The notes under the pieces: generated by a model
What the model was told of the DNA's origin: nothing
Seen by the model: only the letters and a program-made list of their open reading frames with translations
The model's database searches: none
Made by a program: the position numbers and the translations under genes
From: Lepidodermella squamata
Lineage: Eukaryota > Animalia > Gastrotricha
Assembly (NCBI GenBank): GCA_047495785.1
Contig: JBLDXI010000015.1
Coordinates: forward strand, 2,108,001-2,172,000
Length of the DNA: 64,000 nucleotides
Direction: 5' to 3'
Shown here: positions 23,025-34,529 of the stretch, one piece after another
Layout of the letters: every line of letters starts with the position of its first letter
Numbering within the stretch: the stretch's first letter is position 1

Positions 23025-26000
23025 ATGGCGGATGAATCATTGATGAGAGAGATTGAAGAGCAGCGGAGGCTGACCTTGAAGCGGAAAATGGTCGAATGGG
23101 ACTTGCCATTAGAGGTCGTTTTATTCTGCGAATCTTCCCCCTCAGCCGCAACCGCCTTAATCAATCATATTTCGGGGTTAAGAACTTACCAGGAAGATTT
23201 ATTGGCCCTGTTAGCGAATATGAAGCGGAAATACGAAGCCGAGAATATGACTGTTCTAGCGGAAATTCACCGATTGACCGAACAGTTGAAGAATGAGGAT
23301 CTTCGAAGCCAAGATGAGATCGAAAATTTAAAGTCAGAAATCGAATCTCGTAACGAAATGATTGATCAACTCAATAAAAGAGTCGACGATTTATTTATCG
23401 ATTTGGAGTGCAAAGATGCCGAAATTGACCAGTGGAGAGTTGATTTCGAAGTTCTATCCGAAAACAAAACCAATATCGATGCGGCTTTATTGCGATGTCA
23501 GCGGGCTGTGGTAGATTTACAGCTAAAGTTGGAAAATGAAAAGCGATCGAAAATTGCGTTTGCTCGCAGATTGCGTTCAAATTTCAGATGCAGGGTTGCA
23601 AAAATCGAATTGTATGTTAACTTTATTCCAATGAGTAATTTAGTTCTATTTTAAATCAATTTCAGAAGACGAACACGCGAGTATGAAGTAGGCCTTGGAA
23701 AGTTATGTTATCACCTTTCGGTTCTTCAAGAGGAAAATCAGTCCTTACGTTTGAGAAATGAGTGTCTTGAAGATGAAAAGTCCAAGCGAATTCCGAAATC
23801 GGTAGTCAGATCAAAAGACGGTATGTTACTATGGATTTCCAATTTCAAAATAATCAAGTATTGTAATTTTAGTATTGATTGCGCAGCTGAAAGTTGAACG
23901 AAAAAAGGAGCGAAAGAAATTCGCGCGAATTAAGGCAGAATTATGTGCGAAAATCGATCGATTGAGCAGTGACCTGTCAATTTTGGAGTCGGCAGCCGCG
24001 TTGAAGGCTGAACCTCATCCTCCTGTTTGCAATAACTGTTCCACCTTGAGGAACGACCTGGGTCAACATTGCAGGGGTGGAGAAGAACAAGTTTTGAATG
24101 AAGCCGTCCGCAGTTAGCTTTGTAGTAACGAAACCAACTTTTTGCTCGCTAGTTCGAGGAAGTCGTGTAACCTGTTCGTTTCGTGCGTTTTAGCTGGGTT
24201 CAATAGCTGAGTGAACAGCTGGTGGAATATCCGAGGTACGATTTCGAAAGTCCCGTCGACAAAAATTCGATCAGCGGCTTCAAGCCGAGCCGAAAATCGC
24301 CGCTGCGTCGCCATTATCGGCAAAATCGATGTCGATCAAAAACTCTTTGCTATCCAAAGTTTTGATGAACCGGCCGTTCAAACTCTTCGCTGTAGCGTGC
24401 TCCATACTAGACATGAAGTCGGGTTCGTTTGCCTCGAACGCGGTACAAGATGCTTTGAACAGCGGGATATTTCGGGTCCATTTGTTCTTAAATTAAGTGA
24501 CGAACGCTCCGTGCACTCACAAGCCGGGTCCGTCGGAAGACTGAGCCCTAAAGCTAAGCAAGAGATACAACAACAACCCTGTCGAACGCCGGTTAGCTAA
24601 CGGTGAGCTAACTTCTTAGTCACCAGTGGTGATGTCACGGTGACTATGATATTGGGCGAACCAGTAGCTTACGGGAATGTCACCGGTGACAGAGTTTGAT
24701 CTTAGATGAGACTATGTTAGGTATAAATCACATGTCATTTGTCGAAGTCAGATCACAGATAAGACTATAAGGTATAAATCACATCAAGTCACATATTAGT
24801 CTCGATATGCAGTGTCAAATTCCAACTACTTGTTGCTGGGTCGGTCGCGATAGTGGGGCTGGTCGGGTTGGTGGGTGTGATTTTTTTCCCACTATATTAA
24901 TCAATTGATAGAATCGCGTGCTGCCAAGCCCCATTGATCCCATTGATGCTATCATATCGACCATCAGAGCAACACGTAGTTGGACTTCGACTCCGCAAAA
25001 TCTGGCCTAAGATGCAGATGTCAGATAAGAATGTAAGGTATGAATCTCAAGTCTGATGTCAGATAGGACTACAAGGAGGTAAAAATCACATGTCATCATC
25101 GCCATCATCAGGCGACTTGATCATAGAAACGTGGAAAGTGTCGTCATCGCTTGAATGATCGGACTCCCCGCTGGCCACTCAGCCGCTTTGCGACCTCGAC
25201 CGCGAAACGGGTGTGCGACATCTTGACCGACATCTTGGCAACCCGACAATTTGACCCAAGACATTTTGTAACATATATTATTATCGGAATACTTGGGTCA
25301 AGATGTCGATGAGGGCAGTGTGTCTTAGGTCAATATGTCTTTGGGTCGAAATGTTACGTTAGGCCAGGACGTCTTGGGTAAAAATGACGCTATCCCCGCG
25401 AAACGTAGGCGAAACGTAGCAGAACAAATCTGAAAAAATTTCTACATTTTTGACGCACGAATTTGTTTTTTATTTCATCCTGAGTATAGCAAAACTGAAA
25501 ACTGAATAGCTTGTTATGGATAGTAGTGAACGCGTTTGTATCTCCATTCATTACTTACTTTTTGCCATAGTATGTACGAATTGCCGAAATGGCGTACATA
25601 TTTATGTACGAATAGCCATTCCGATTAAAGTTTTCCTTTTTTATTTCCATTTTCTAGATAAAATTGTGCGGCTTGAAACTGCTGTTCTATCGAAAAATGC
25701 CGTAATTGGCGAATTTGAAGCTCAGCGTGATTCGATGGAGGCTGAAAGAAATGAATTTTCCAGTGAGTTTTATTATGCTATTCTTATCAATGTCTATATC
25801 GCTAGTAATTTTGTCAGATTTTCGACCTCAGTCGTTAAAATACTTCCTCTATTTTAGTTTTATTCTGCAGAACACTCATTTTACAGAAATCAAAATTGAC
25901 TGGAGAAGTGTAGAATGGATTATGAAAGCAAAATATTCAGAGGCTGAAATTAATGAAAATTAAGGCGGATTTTTCATCTTTTTATTTATTTTTCATTTCT

Positions 26001-26392
26001 GATTGCACTGTGCTAGTAAATACCTATTGTCGTCAGATTTTGGGCGATTTTTATCGAAAAGCTCTCACGATTGAAATTATTAAACTTTTGGTGTAGGAAA
26101 AGTGTCAGATCTGCAGCAGAAGATTGCTGATCAAGAGTCGATTAATGAAGCACAGCGAAAAGCGGTCGACGATCTGCAAGCGGAAAATCGACGCCTTGTT
26201 GCTGTTTTACAAGACGCTGGTCATCGAATCCAGCGAGATATAGCAACTGCTCTTCACAACAACTCATCAAGTCAGCAAAACGATGCGCCAGTTCATTCGA
26301 CACCAAACAATCCTCAAATTGGAAATTTGAGTGCTGAGCTGGCATGGCTGCAAAGCAGTCGACGATTGCGGCTCAATTTTATCAAGAAGTGA
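23025..26392 (+). CDS. CC4: coiled-coil family member; exons 23025-23611, 23666-23820, 23873-24061, 25658-25762, 26097-26392
   Basis: Family N-domain; exon structure parallels CC5; one CxxC (CNNC). The exon 3 donor (gtcaac) is weak and abuts a MULE fragment. Confidence 0.7.
24114..24570 (-). mobile_element. Mutator/MULE transposase fragment
   Basis: RIFVDGTFEIVPRIFHQLFT matches the MULE DGTFxxxPxxFxQLFT motif around the first catalytic Asp. Confidence 0.8.
25209..25396. mobile_element. Small foldback MITE with target-site duplication
   Basis: GGG...CCC ends; internal GACATCTTGACC-like repeats inverted between the arms; direct repeat cgcgaaac at 25201-25208 and 25397-25404. Confidence 0.8.
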
Positions 26393-26524
26393 CTTGAAAA
26401 TTATTTATTTGCGGTTTTTGCGAAATTTGTTGTGATTTGATTGTAGCAAATTTCTTTATTCAATTGATTTTCTAGGATTTTCTATCATTATGCCTTGTAA
26501 TTTTTTAGATTTTTATCATGTGAA

Positions 26525-29500
26525 ATGACTGATAAATCGTTGGTTGAAGAGCAGCGGAGAATGACCTTGAAGCGGAAAATGGTCGAATGTGATTTGCCAT
26601 TAGAGGTCGTTTCATTCTGCGAGTCTTCCCCCTCTGTCGCATCCGCCTTAATCAATCACATTTCGGATTTGAAGACGTACCAGGAAGATTTGACGGCCCT
26701 GTTAGCGAATGTCAAACTAAATTACGAAGCAGATAACTTGACTTTTTCAAGGGAAATCCTTCGATTGACCGAACAGTTGAAGAATGATTTTCGAAGTCAA
26801 GAAGAAATCGAACGTCTGAAGTCGGAAATCGAATCTCGTGACAAGAAGATTGATCAACTCAATAAAAAAGTCGAAGATTTGTTGATTGATTTGGAGCGCA
26901 AAAATAGTGAAATTGAGCGGTGGAAAGTTGATTTCGAAGATTTATCCGAAATCAATAAGAAATTAGAGTCAAGATGTCAGGAAGAAATTGAGCGTCTAAA
27001 GTCAGATATTGAATCTCGGGACGAGAAGCTTGGTCAACTCAATAAAGCAGTCGAAGATTTGTTGATTGATTTGGAGCGCAAAGATGGTAAAATTGAGCAG
27101 TGGAGAGTTGATTTCGAAAATCTAACTGAAATCAATAAGAAATTGAAGTCAAGATGTCAGGAAGAAATTGAAAGTCTAAAGTCACAGATATTGAATCTCG
27201 TGACGAGAAGATCGGTCAACTCAATAAAAAAGCCGAAGATTTAGTCCGAAGTCAAGAAGAAATCGATCTTCTGAAGTCGCAAATCGAATCTCGTGGCGAG
27301 AAGCTTGATCAGCTCAATAAAAAGGTCGACGATTTATTGATTGATTTAGAACGAAAAGATGGCAAAATTGAGCAGTGGAGAGTCGATTTCGAAGATTTAT
27401 CCGAAAGCAAAGTCAATCTCGAATCGTCTTTATTGAAATGTCAGCAGGCCGTGGAAGATTTAGAGCTCAAGCTGAAAAATGAGAAACGATCGAAAATTGC
27501 GTCTGCTCGCGGAATTCGTTTGTTTTTCCGATGCAGGGTTGCAAGAATCGAAATGTAGGTCAAGTTGTTCCAAAAAACTCGATCGTTTATTTTCATTCAA
27601 TTTCAGGAGACGAAAACAAGAGTTTGAGGAAGCACTTGGCAAATTAAGTAATTACCTTACGATTCTACAGGAGGAAAATCAGTCCTTGCTTTTGAGAATC
27701 GAAGAAGAAAAAGCTAAGCAAATTCCGAAATCTGTGATCAGATCCAAAGATGGTATATTATAATGGATTTCGAGAATAAATATTCAACTGTTAATGTAGG
27801 ATTGATTGAGCAGCTGAAAGCTCGAAGAAAAAAGGAGCGAGAGAAATTTGCCCGAATTAAGGCGGTAAAATCAGGTATTAATTGTCACGATTTCATAATT
27901 TCCCATCATTTTTATTTCCATTTTCCAGATGAAATTTTGCGACTCGAAACTGCTGTTTTATCAAAAAATTCGGCTCTTAGCGAATTTGCAGCACAACGTG
28001 ATTCAATGAATGCGGAAAGAAGTGAATTATCTCGTGAGTTGTTTCACCTATTCTTTGAAATCTGAAGTTGAAATTTGCGGATATAGAATTGTTGAATGCA
28101 TTCACGAGTTATTTTTGTTAGATTTTCGATCGCCAAATACCTACTCAATTTCTGTCCTGCAAAACCTAAATTTGCACAAAGTCAAATTAACGGAAGGAAT
28201 TATAAATGGCAATTTTGGCAATTTTTCTGCATTTTCCAGCAAAACGAAAATTGTTGACTTGAAGGAGAATGATTTTCAGATTCCAAGATATTTTTCTTGG
28301 AGATTTGAATTTTTCACATTTCAAACCCTTAAGAGGCCCCCTTCCTCCAAAGACAGGAACCGACGAAGTCATTCATCAGTAAGCGTCATTCCGGATACCC
28401 TTTCTGTTCACCTTTCAGGATTTCAGGGTCAGAACTTGAGCCTCCGGTCTTTGGCCGTGATTTTTCGATATCGAAAAAGTGGATACATCCTGACTGCGGC
28501 AGCTAATTCGATTCTTTTGCATCTCCGCAGAGGCTTTCTTCGTTTATTTATTTTAAAATGTCTTGCAATTATCGCATTAGCGATCTGAGAAAATATTCAG
28601 AAGAACAGACAGTACATTTTGAAAGGCGCCTCACTGACGAAACAAGGTACTTTTCAACCTTAGAAGACTCGAGAAATTATTTTAACAACTTTCCTATCCA
28701 TGAGATAAGGTGTATAAGGAATAAGGACTGTAGACAGAAGATGCATAATTAAATAGTAGGTTTTGTCGGCTTTCAAGCGAAGCGATCTACTCTTCTGAGA
28801 CTTGAAAATGCAGCCAATTAAGCTACTGCACCTTTTTTAACAAGGAACAAACCTTTTTAACAAGGTTTGAAAAGAAAGCTTGTTATCTATACTTGTACTC
28901 CCAAATCGCGTACACCATTGACAGATTCTAGCTTAGCACCATCGATATTGTAGTCTAAAAGGAATATGACGAGGCCCTAACCTAAGAACGCTTAGGTTTC
29001 TTGGCGTTTGAAGCCCGGATCGCCGCCATCGATCAGGAGAAATAAGCAGGCAGCTGCGAAAACGTCTCAATCGGTGCCGTTGGATTGCCTTGGACATGGT
29101 TGAAGATGTACTTTCAGCTTCTCTTCTTCCATTAGCACCCGGTATCGGTCTCTTAGTTGGCCGCGAAGTTCTTCATTCATTGATGTATATGTCGTATGTA
29201 ATCTTGGAAATCATGTATTGTTAACAATAAATGACCCGATTTCATGTAATGTGAACAATACATATGTATTCTTAGAAACACATGTCATTTCATCATTTAT
29301 TATCGGAATTAAATGAAAATGTCTATGTATTATCAGAAAAATATAACAAATCGCTGCGAATGTGTTATGTAAAGTGAGAAATCGTGTTAATCGCAGTTGA
29401 GGTTGTCACAATTTTTGCCTGGATGACACCGGCTATTGCAGATCAGTTGATTCTTACGGCACCTGCAGTTGGCCCCACGTCCGCTGCTCTTGCACCCACT

Positions 29501-32235
29501 CCGACAGTTCCGACAGTGTTAGAATAATGACGACCATCCAGCCGCCCCTTCTTCGTGCCCAACTGAACACTCCCATCTTCAAACACCTCGAGACAAACGC
29601 CGTCTCGTCATTATTATAACACTTATAAGTTGTTGGAAGAGAAATTCTTCGCGCCGAGTGACGTTGTGATTTGTAGAAAGATCGTTGTGCACTTCTGGAA
29701 TTTTTATGAGAAGACGCATTTGCTGAACTACAGATCGACCTGCTATCATCAATTGCCAGAGAGAGTAGAAGACTCGGGAGAACTAAATAGCAAAGTCTCA
29801 ATAAATGCATGGCAAAACATAGACATTAACATACTCATAGAGGCAGCAAATTCGGCGCGAAGAATTTCTCTTCCACCAACTTACCGTATATACCGGAATA
29901 TAAAGGACTCCCTACTATTTTTTTCAAACGGTCCGAAAACCCCTCTCTTCAATTCAGGGCCTCTCTTTTATTTAGGGCCTCCCTATTATTTTTTCTTCGC
30001 CCCGAACAAACCCGAGGTATCACTGAAAATGCTGCTAATCACCATCAAAAGAGAGGATTTTCATGGCGATAATGCCTCGCACCAGGTAGTCGGGTCACTT
30101 TTCCCTCAAGTTTCGCTTAAGCTGTATGCAAACAAGGTTAAGAGGGATTAAGGTGAACAGCTAATTTGTACCCGCGCGCGCATTTCGGGGTGGCGTCAAG
30201 GGTGTTGGTAGCAGACCCTCTCTACAATTTAGGTCCTCCCTTTAATTATTTCAAATGCCTCGTAACCCTCTCTACTAAATAGGTCCTCCCTTCTAATTAG
30301 GTCCTCACTTATAATCCGGTATATACGGTATAAGTTTTAGAATAATGACGAGACGGCGTTTGTCTCGAGGTTTAACAAATTCATTTCCCTCTTCTAAAAA
30401 ATTTCAAGCGAAAAGCATACCTTGATGATCGGTTCAAATCGCGCATTTTTTCATAGAATCTGACTGCCCCATCATGCGAAAGCAGCTCGTTATGTTTCAT
30501 CGCAGTCGAAGCTCTGTATTTCGGAAAAAACCTAAACAATCGAAAATTTTTAAATTCACAATATAGCCGTAGAAGCTTTCGGGGTTGAATGCCGAGTATA
30601 GATACAAAGGTCCAAAATTCGTTATTGAATCGGCGATATGCGACAATTGGTGCATAGCGAGGGTGATGTATTCTTGGCCATACAGCTCGCCAAATTCGAC
30701 CAGCCACTCGTTGCACATTTCCCGAATGTCGGCAATAGAGTGGCCGAACAAGTTCGTATGGCAAGAGATGAAGAGAATGTAAGAAAGTCGATCAAAATTT
30801 TGGGCGTAGGCACTGCCGAGGCCGCTGTTACGAAGGATGAAAGGACCGGTGATGAACGTGATCATTGAACTTCCAGGTTGATCATTGAACAGTTCTCGCC
30901 AGTTTTGAAAACCGTTAGTAGCTTATCCAAGTCGATGTCAACCATTCGGTTGCCGATTGACAAAACCCAAATTTCAGTAATCGGTTCAGTTGTGCAAATT
31001 AACGACAAGCGAAGCCGGGTTCTCGTCAGTTAGCTTCATGTTGACATCACGCGCTATCCGCTTCCCTTCCTTATCCACCTCGTCGAACGAAGCTAATTCT
31101 ACTGCGTGTCATTTGAGCGAAATTGCGTTGAATGAAAACTCGACAACCCTTCTAGCCGGGAAGGTTCTTTCTCCCTTTAGGGCGACAGACTGTTTAGCGA
31201 ACCGGTCGATAGTTACCGAATTAACTAGGCTGTTGGTGATGAGCAACGGCTTTAATTGAGAAAAAACTTGCTCCGCCCCGGTTGAGGTGGAAAGGGTGAT
31301 GAGCCTGCCAGCATAGCAGCTAATGCCGGGAAATGCCATGGGTGACGTTGATTAAGCGCCATATGTGGCCCCACCATTGCAGAAGCACCAAGCCTTCGTC
31401 ATCGTCTGGAAGAACGATTTTCTTCGCATGGGCGACGCATCTTGTTCGCCACGTGGCTGTTTTAGCTTTATCTAGTCTTTTCAGCCACATTTCTACCGTT
31501 TGCATAATAGCCGAAATCTCGTACATATTTATGATAGCCTCACTCTGGATGGCGTGGCACTGATTTTTTTGAGCGCGCTATTTCGGAAGTCAACCTTTTT
31601 CACTGGTTGAAGCCGAATTTCTCAGAATCCTTGGGATAGTCGATTATTTTTGGCAATATTTTCAAGATATAGCCTAACCATAGAGATCAGATTAAAACAG
31701 AGAGGAAACTCGATGCAAAAATTTTCTACAAAAAGTCATCGAGTTTTTAAGGCGGATTTTTGAATTCAGAATTATTTATCTATTTATTATATTTAAAAGT
31801 ATTTGTTGGTTAATCTGATCTCTATGCTTCTAAGCCCACTTTTACGTATTATCGGGTAAATTTTCAAAGGCTAAAAATCACTGAAAATTAGGATTTTTTA
31901 TTTCTGATCGGAAGGTCCTAGTAAAAAATCTTCTCTTAAAATCTAAATTTAGTCAATTTAATTTTGGTGTAGGACAAATTTCAAATCTACAGCAAATGAT
32001 CTCTAGTCAAGAGTCGAAAATCGAAGCGCAACGAAAAGCGATTGAAGATCTGAAAGCGGAAAATCGACGCCTTGTTGCTTTTTTACAAGACGCTGGCGAT
32101 CGATTCAGGCGAGACATAGCAGCTGCTCTCAACAACAGCTCGTCGAGTCTTGAAGACTCTTCTTCTTTCAACACATCGTTTCCTCAGCAAAACGACGAGC
32201 CTATTTATTCGACACCAAACAATTCTGAAATATGA
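26525..32235 (+). CDS. CC5: paralogue of CC4 with internal 180-nt repeat expansion and an apparent frameshift near 27185; last exon 31973-32235 beyond a 3.9-kb TE-filled intron
   Basis: N-terminus nearly identical to CC4, and downstream exons match CC4 exon for exon. A 2-nt insertion (tcaCAgatatt vs tcagatatt in the previous repeat) shifts the frame. Could be a pseudogene, a truncated 239-aa product, or an assembly error. Confidence 0.65.
26791..27410 (+). repeat. Coding tandem repeat, ~180-nt (60-aa) unit x ~3.5
   Basis: The unit R[SC]QEEIERLKSEIESRDxKxxQLNKKVEDLLIDLERKxxxIExWxVDFE recurs near 26791, 26971, 27151 (partial) and 27247. Confidence 0.85.
29585..30371. mobile_element. Non-autonomous element with ~75-bp TIRs; right TIR interrupted by a younger MITE
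   Basis: acctcgagacaaacgccgtctcgtcattatt...gaaattcttcgcgccga (29585-29658) is inverted at 29851-29883 plus 30331-30371. Confidence 0.85.
29884..30328. mobile_element. Tc1/mariner-superfamily (Tc2/pogo-like) MITE, TA target duplication
   Basis: ta-CCGTATATACCGGA ... TCCGGTATATACGG-ta, with internal (g)gtcctccc-like subterminal repeats. Confidence 0.9.
30497..30880 (-). mobile_element. CACTA/EnSpm-like transposase fragment
   Basis: FGELYGQEYITLAMHQLSHIADSITNFGPLYLYSAFNPES matches the LYG..HxLxH..GPL...F.FE motif of animal EnSpm/CMC transposases. Confidence 0.75.
31679..31826. mobile_element. 148-bp MITE-like element
   Basis: Perfect 16-bp inverted termini catagagatcagatta / taatctgatctctatg. 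Confidence 0.6.
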
Positions 32236-32378
32236 ATTCTCAACCGAACGATTGAAGCTCAATTTTTATCAAGAAGTGACTTGAAAATTATTTGTTTGCC
32301 AATTTTTGCGACATTGTTTGTGATTTTAAATAAAAACTCTTCATTCAAATGATTTTCTAGGATTTTTTTTTATCAATA

Positions 32379-33005
32379 ATGGAGTCGAATTGCAAACGGC
32401 TAATGATCGCCAATTTCCCTCTCAACGTGTTGAATTCAATTGATTCGAGTAATAACCAGCTCGTGGAGGGGCTTATTGAATATGCCAGATCGCGAGATGA
32501 ATACGAAAAATCGCTGGCTTCGATGGTTATTTCGTTGAAAGAAAAGATCGAGATGAATCACGTTGATCATTGCAAACAAATCGAACACTTGATGTCGCAA
32601 GGGAGAAGTTTACTAGCCGACGTGCAGCAGAAAATGGCTGTCTCTGCTTCAGAAAATCACGCGAAATTGCAAGTTCTCAGTCAAGAAAATGAGCTGCTGA
32701 AAAATCAAGTCGTGCAGTGTGAGGCTGAAAAAGCTCGGGCATTCAAGAAATTGAGCCGTTTCAAGAACTTTTCATCGACCTGCGGTGCGAAATCAGTGAT
32801 CGCTAAAATAAAAATCGAGACGCTGGAACGTAAATTGGGCGCTGCTGTGCAAGAAAAGGTGGATTTGATGCATGAAATTGAGCAACTCCGTTTTGATCAA
32901 GCGGCTGGTTTTTATGCCGATGGCGAATTCGAAGCAGGCCCGTTGAATTTATCGCTCTCGGTGAAACGACCTAGAATCGTTGATAAGGGCTCGGCAATCA
33001 ACTGA
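32379..33005 (+). CDS. CC6: 208-aa intronless family member with C-terminal PLNLS and NLS-like motifs
   Basis: Family N-domain (NFPLNVLNSIDSSNNQLVEGLIEYARSRDEYE); acceptor at 32359-32360; tail GPLNLSLSVKRPRI. Confidence 0.8.
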   Translation: MESNCKRLMIANFPLNVLNSIDSSNNQLVEGLIEYARSRDEYEKSLASMVISLKEKIEMNHVDHCKQIEHLMSQGRSLLADVQQKMAVSASENHAKLQVLSQENELLKNQVVQCEAEKARAFKKLSRFKNFSSTCGAKSVIAKIKIETLERKLGAAVQEKVDLMHEIEQLRFDQAAGFYADGEFEAGPLNLSLSVKRPRIVDKGSAIN

Positions 33006-34054
33006 CTGGGCGAATGAATTGACAATTTTAGATGTTATTTTTTTCACAAATTTCTTAATTTTTGATTTTTACTCGATCAATAAATTTTTCATTTTTTTTT
33101 ATTTTAGTTTATTTTAGTTATTTTATTTTGTTATTTAGGTATTTTATCAGTTATCTGGTTACTTATATAACGGCTACGTCGTGTATCGGCACACTCAGAT
33201 ATTGAGGCCTGGAAACGCCTAAAAACGTTCCTTTCGTCAGTCGGAAAAATTAAGTTCAAAATTTTTAACTTATTCTTGTTTTTAGCTTTCTCAAACCTGG
33301 GGCTCATTTACTCTGAAGAATATGTAGAAAATTCACCCTGAGAACATGAAAATGAAGATTTTCTTCGATTTCAAGATTTTTCAATTCCAACTATTTTTCG
33401 AAGAGATTTTTCGGTTTTATTTTTATTTCACACTGGTGCATCCAATTTCTGGTACTGTTCAATTTAATACCGAAATACTAACCCGGGCTTATGCAAAAAT
33501 GATACCTCGAAAAATGGAGAAAAAAAGCGGAGTATCTTTTATCGGAACCAAATTTACAGTAGTCAAAGGAACCAGAGTCATTTTTTGAATAATTTTACGA
33601 ATTTTAGGTGAATCACGAGTTCTGAATAGAACACCCTGTCTTATAGAGAATTTTACGCTGAATTTAATGGTGTTTTTTGTAGAATTCTTTTGCTCAATCT
33701 TGACCGGCAATGAATATCCAAAATGTCATTTCAGGCCACTAGAAAATTCAAAAATTTGGTTCCGCTTACCGTAAATTTGGTTCCGGTAAAAGGAGGACCC
33801 GGAAAAAATATTCAATATTAAATCTAGGACATTCTTAGCTCCGCGCAAAAAATTCCAGAAAAAATCGAGTAGTTGGTGTAAGATGGGGATAAATCAGAAT
33901 TATTATTTTTTATTTTTTTTCCAATATATTTGCTTATTTTTGTGGCATCTGAATGCTAATTAGCACCTCGTAAATATTCATGTTTTTGCATCTATCAAAA
34001 TTTCTGAGTCTGTCCTAGTTACACTTACCACTTACATTTTTGGCTGATTTGAAC

Positions 34055-34110
34055 CCAAACGTGTAGCTATAAATACTTCGCGCACGTGCGAGATATTTTT
34101 TGTTTCAGCT
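34055..34110 (+). promoter_or_regulatory. Putative second promoter (TATA + E-box) upstream of CC7
   Basis: TATAAATA at 34068 and palindromic CGCACGTGCG at 34081-34090. Followed by a candidate leader exon 34227-34405 ending at a gtgagt donor. Confidence 0.5.
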
Positions 34111-34529
34111 CAGAAAATTCTTGACCATGCGCAACTTTTAATTATCACTTTGTTTGACATGGGCTTATGCAACAAAGACCTGACTTTTAATCTTAAAATT
34201 CACCGCATTTTTTTTACAAAATTCAGACCCATAATTATATGGAAAAGTTCTTCGTCGTCTTCGTCGTAGATTCTCTCCTCGTCGTCGTGGATTTCAGGCG
34301 CTTCCTCGTTTTCAGATTGAGGTTCAGCGCGTGCCTCTTGGCGCAGCAAAGAATTCGTTTCGCACGTGCCATAGTAGCATATTCGAGAAATAACTTCATT
34401 ATATTGTGAGTAAACATATTTTTCAGCGCCGTAGTTTGTATCAGAATATTTACTCGATTTTAACGAGAATCATTTGTTCATTTAGCAGGGTTTTTCTCAA
34501 TATTTGTAGAGCTTTATTACAGTCAGACC

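Noticed and set aside
28010-29580. 192-aa ORF at 28010 and neighbouring short ORFs
   Set aside because: They lie in the TE-filled CC5 intron, cross an exon-intron boundary and match no motif I know.
34230-34392. Protamine-like frame LRRLRRRFSPRRRG
   Set aside because: In-frame stop just upstream and no ATG; it arises from (TCG/TCT)n low complexity.
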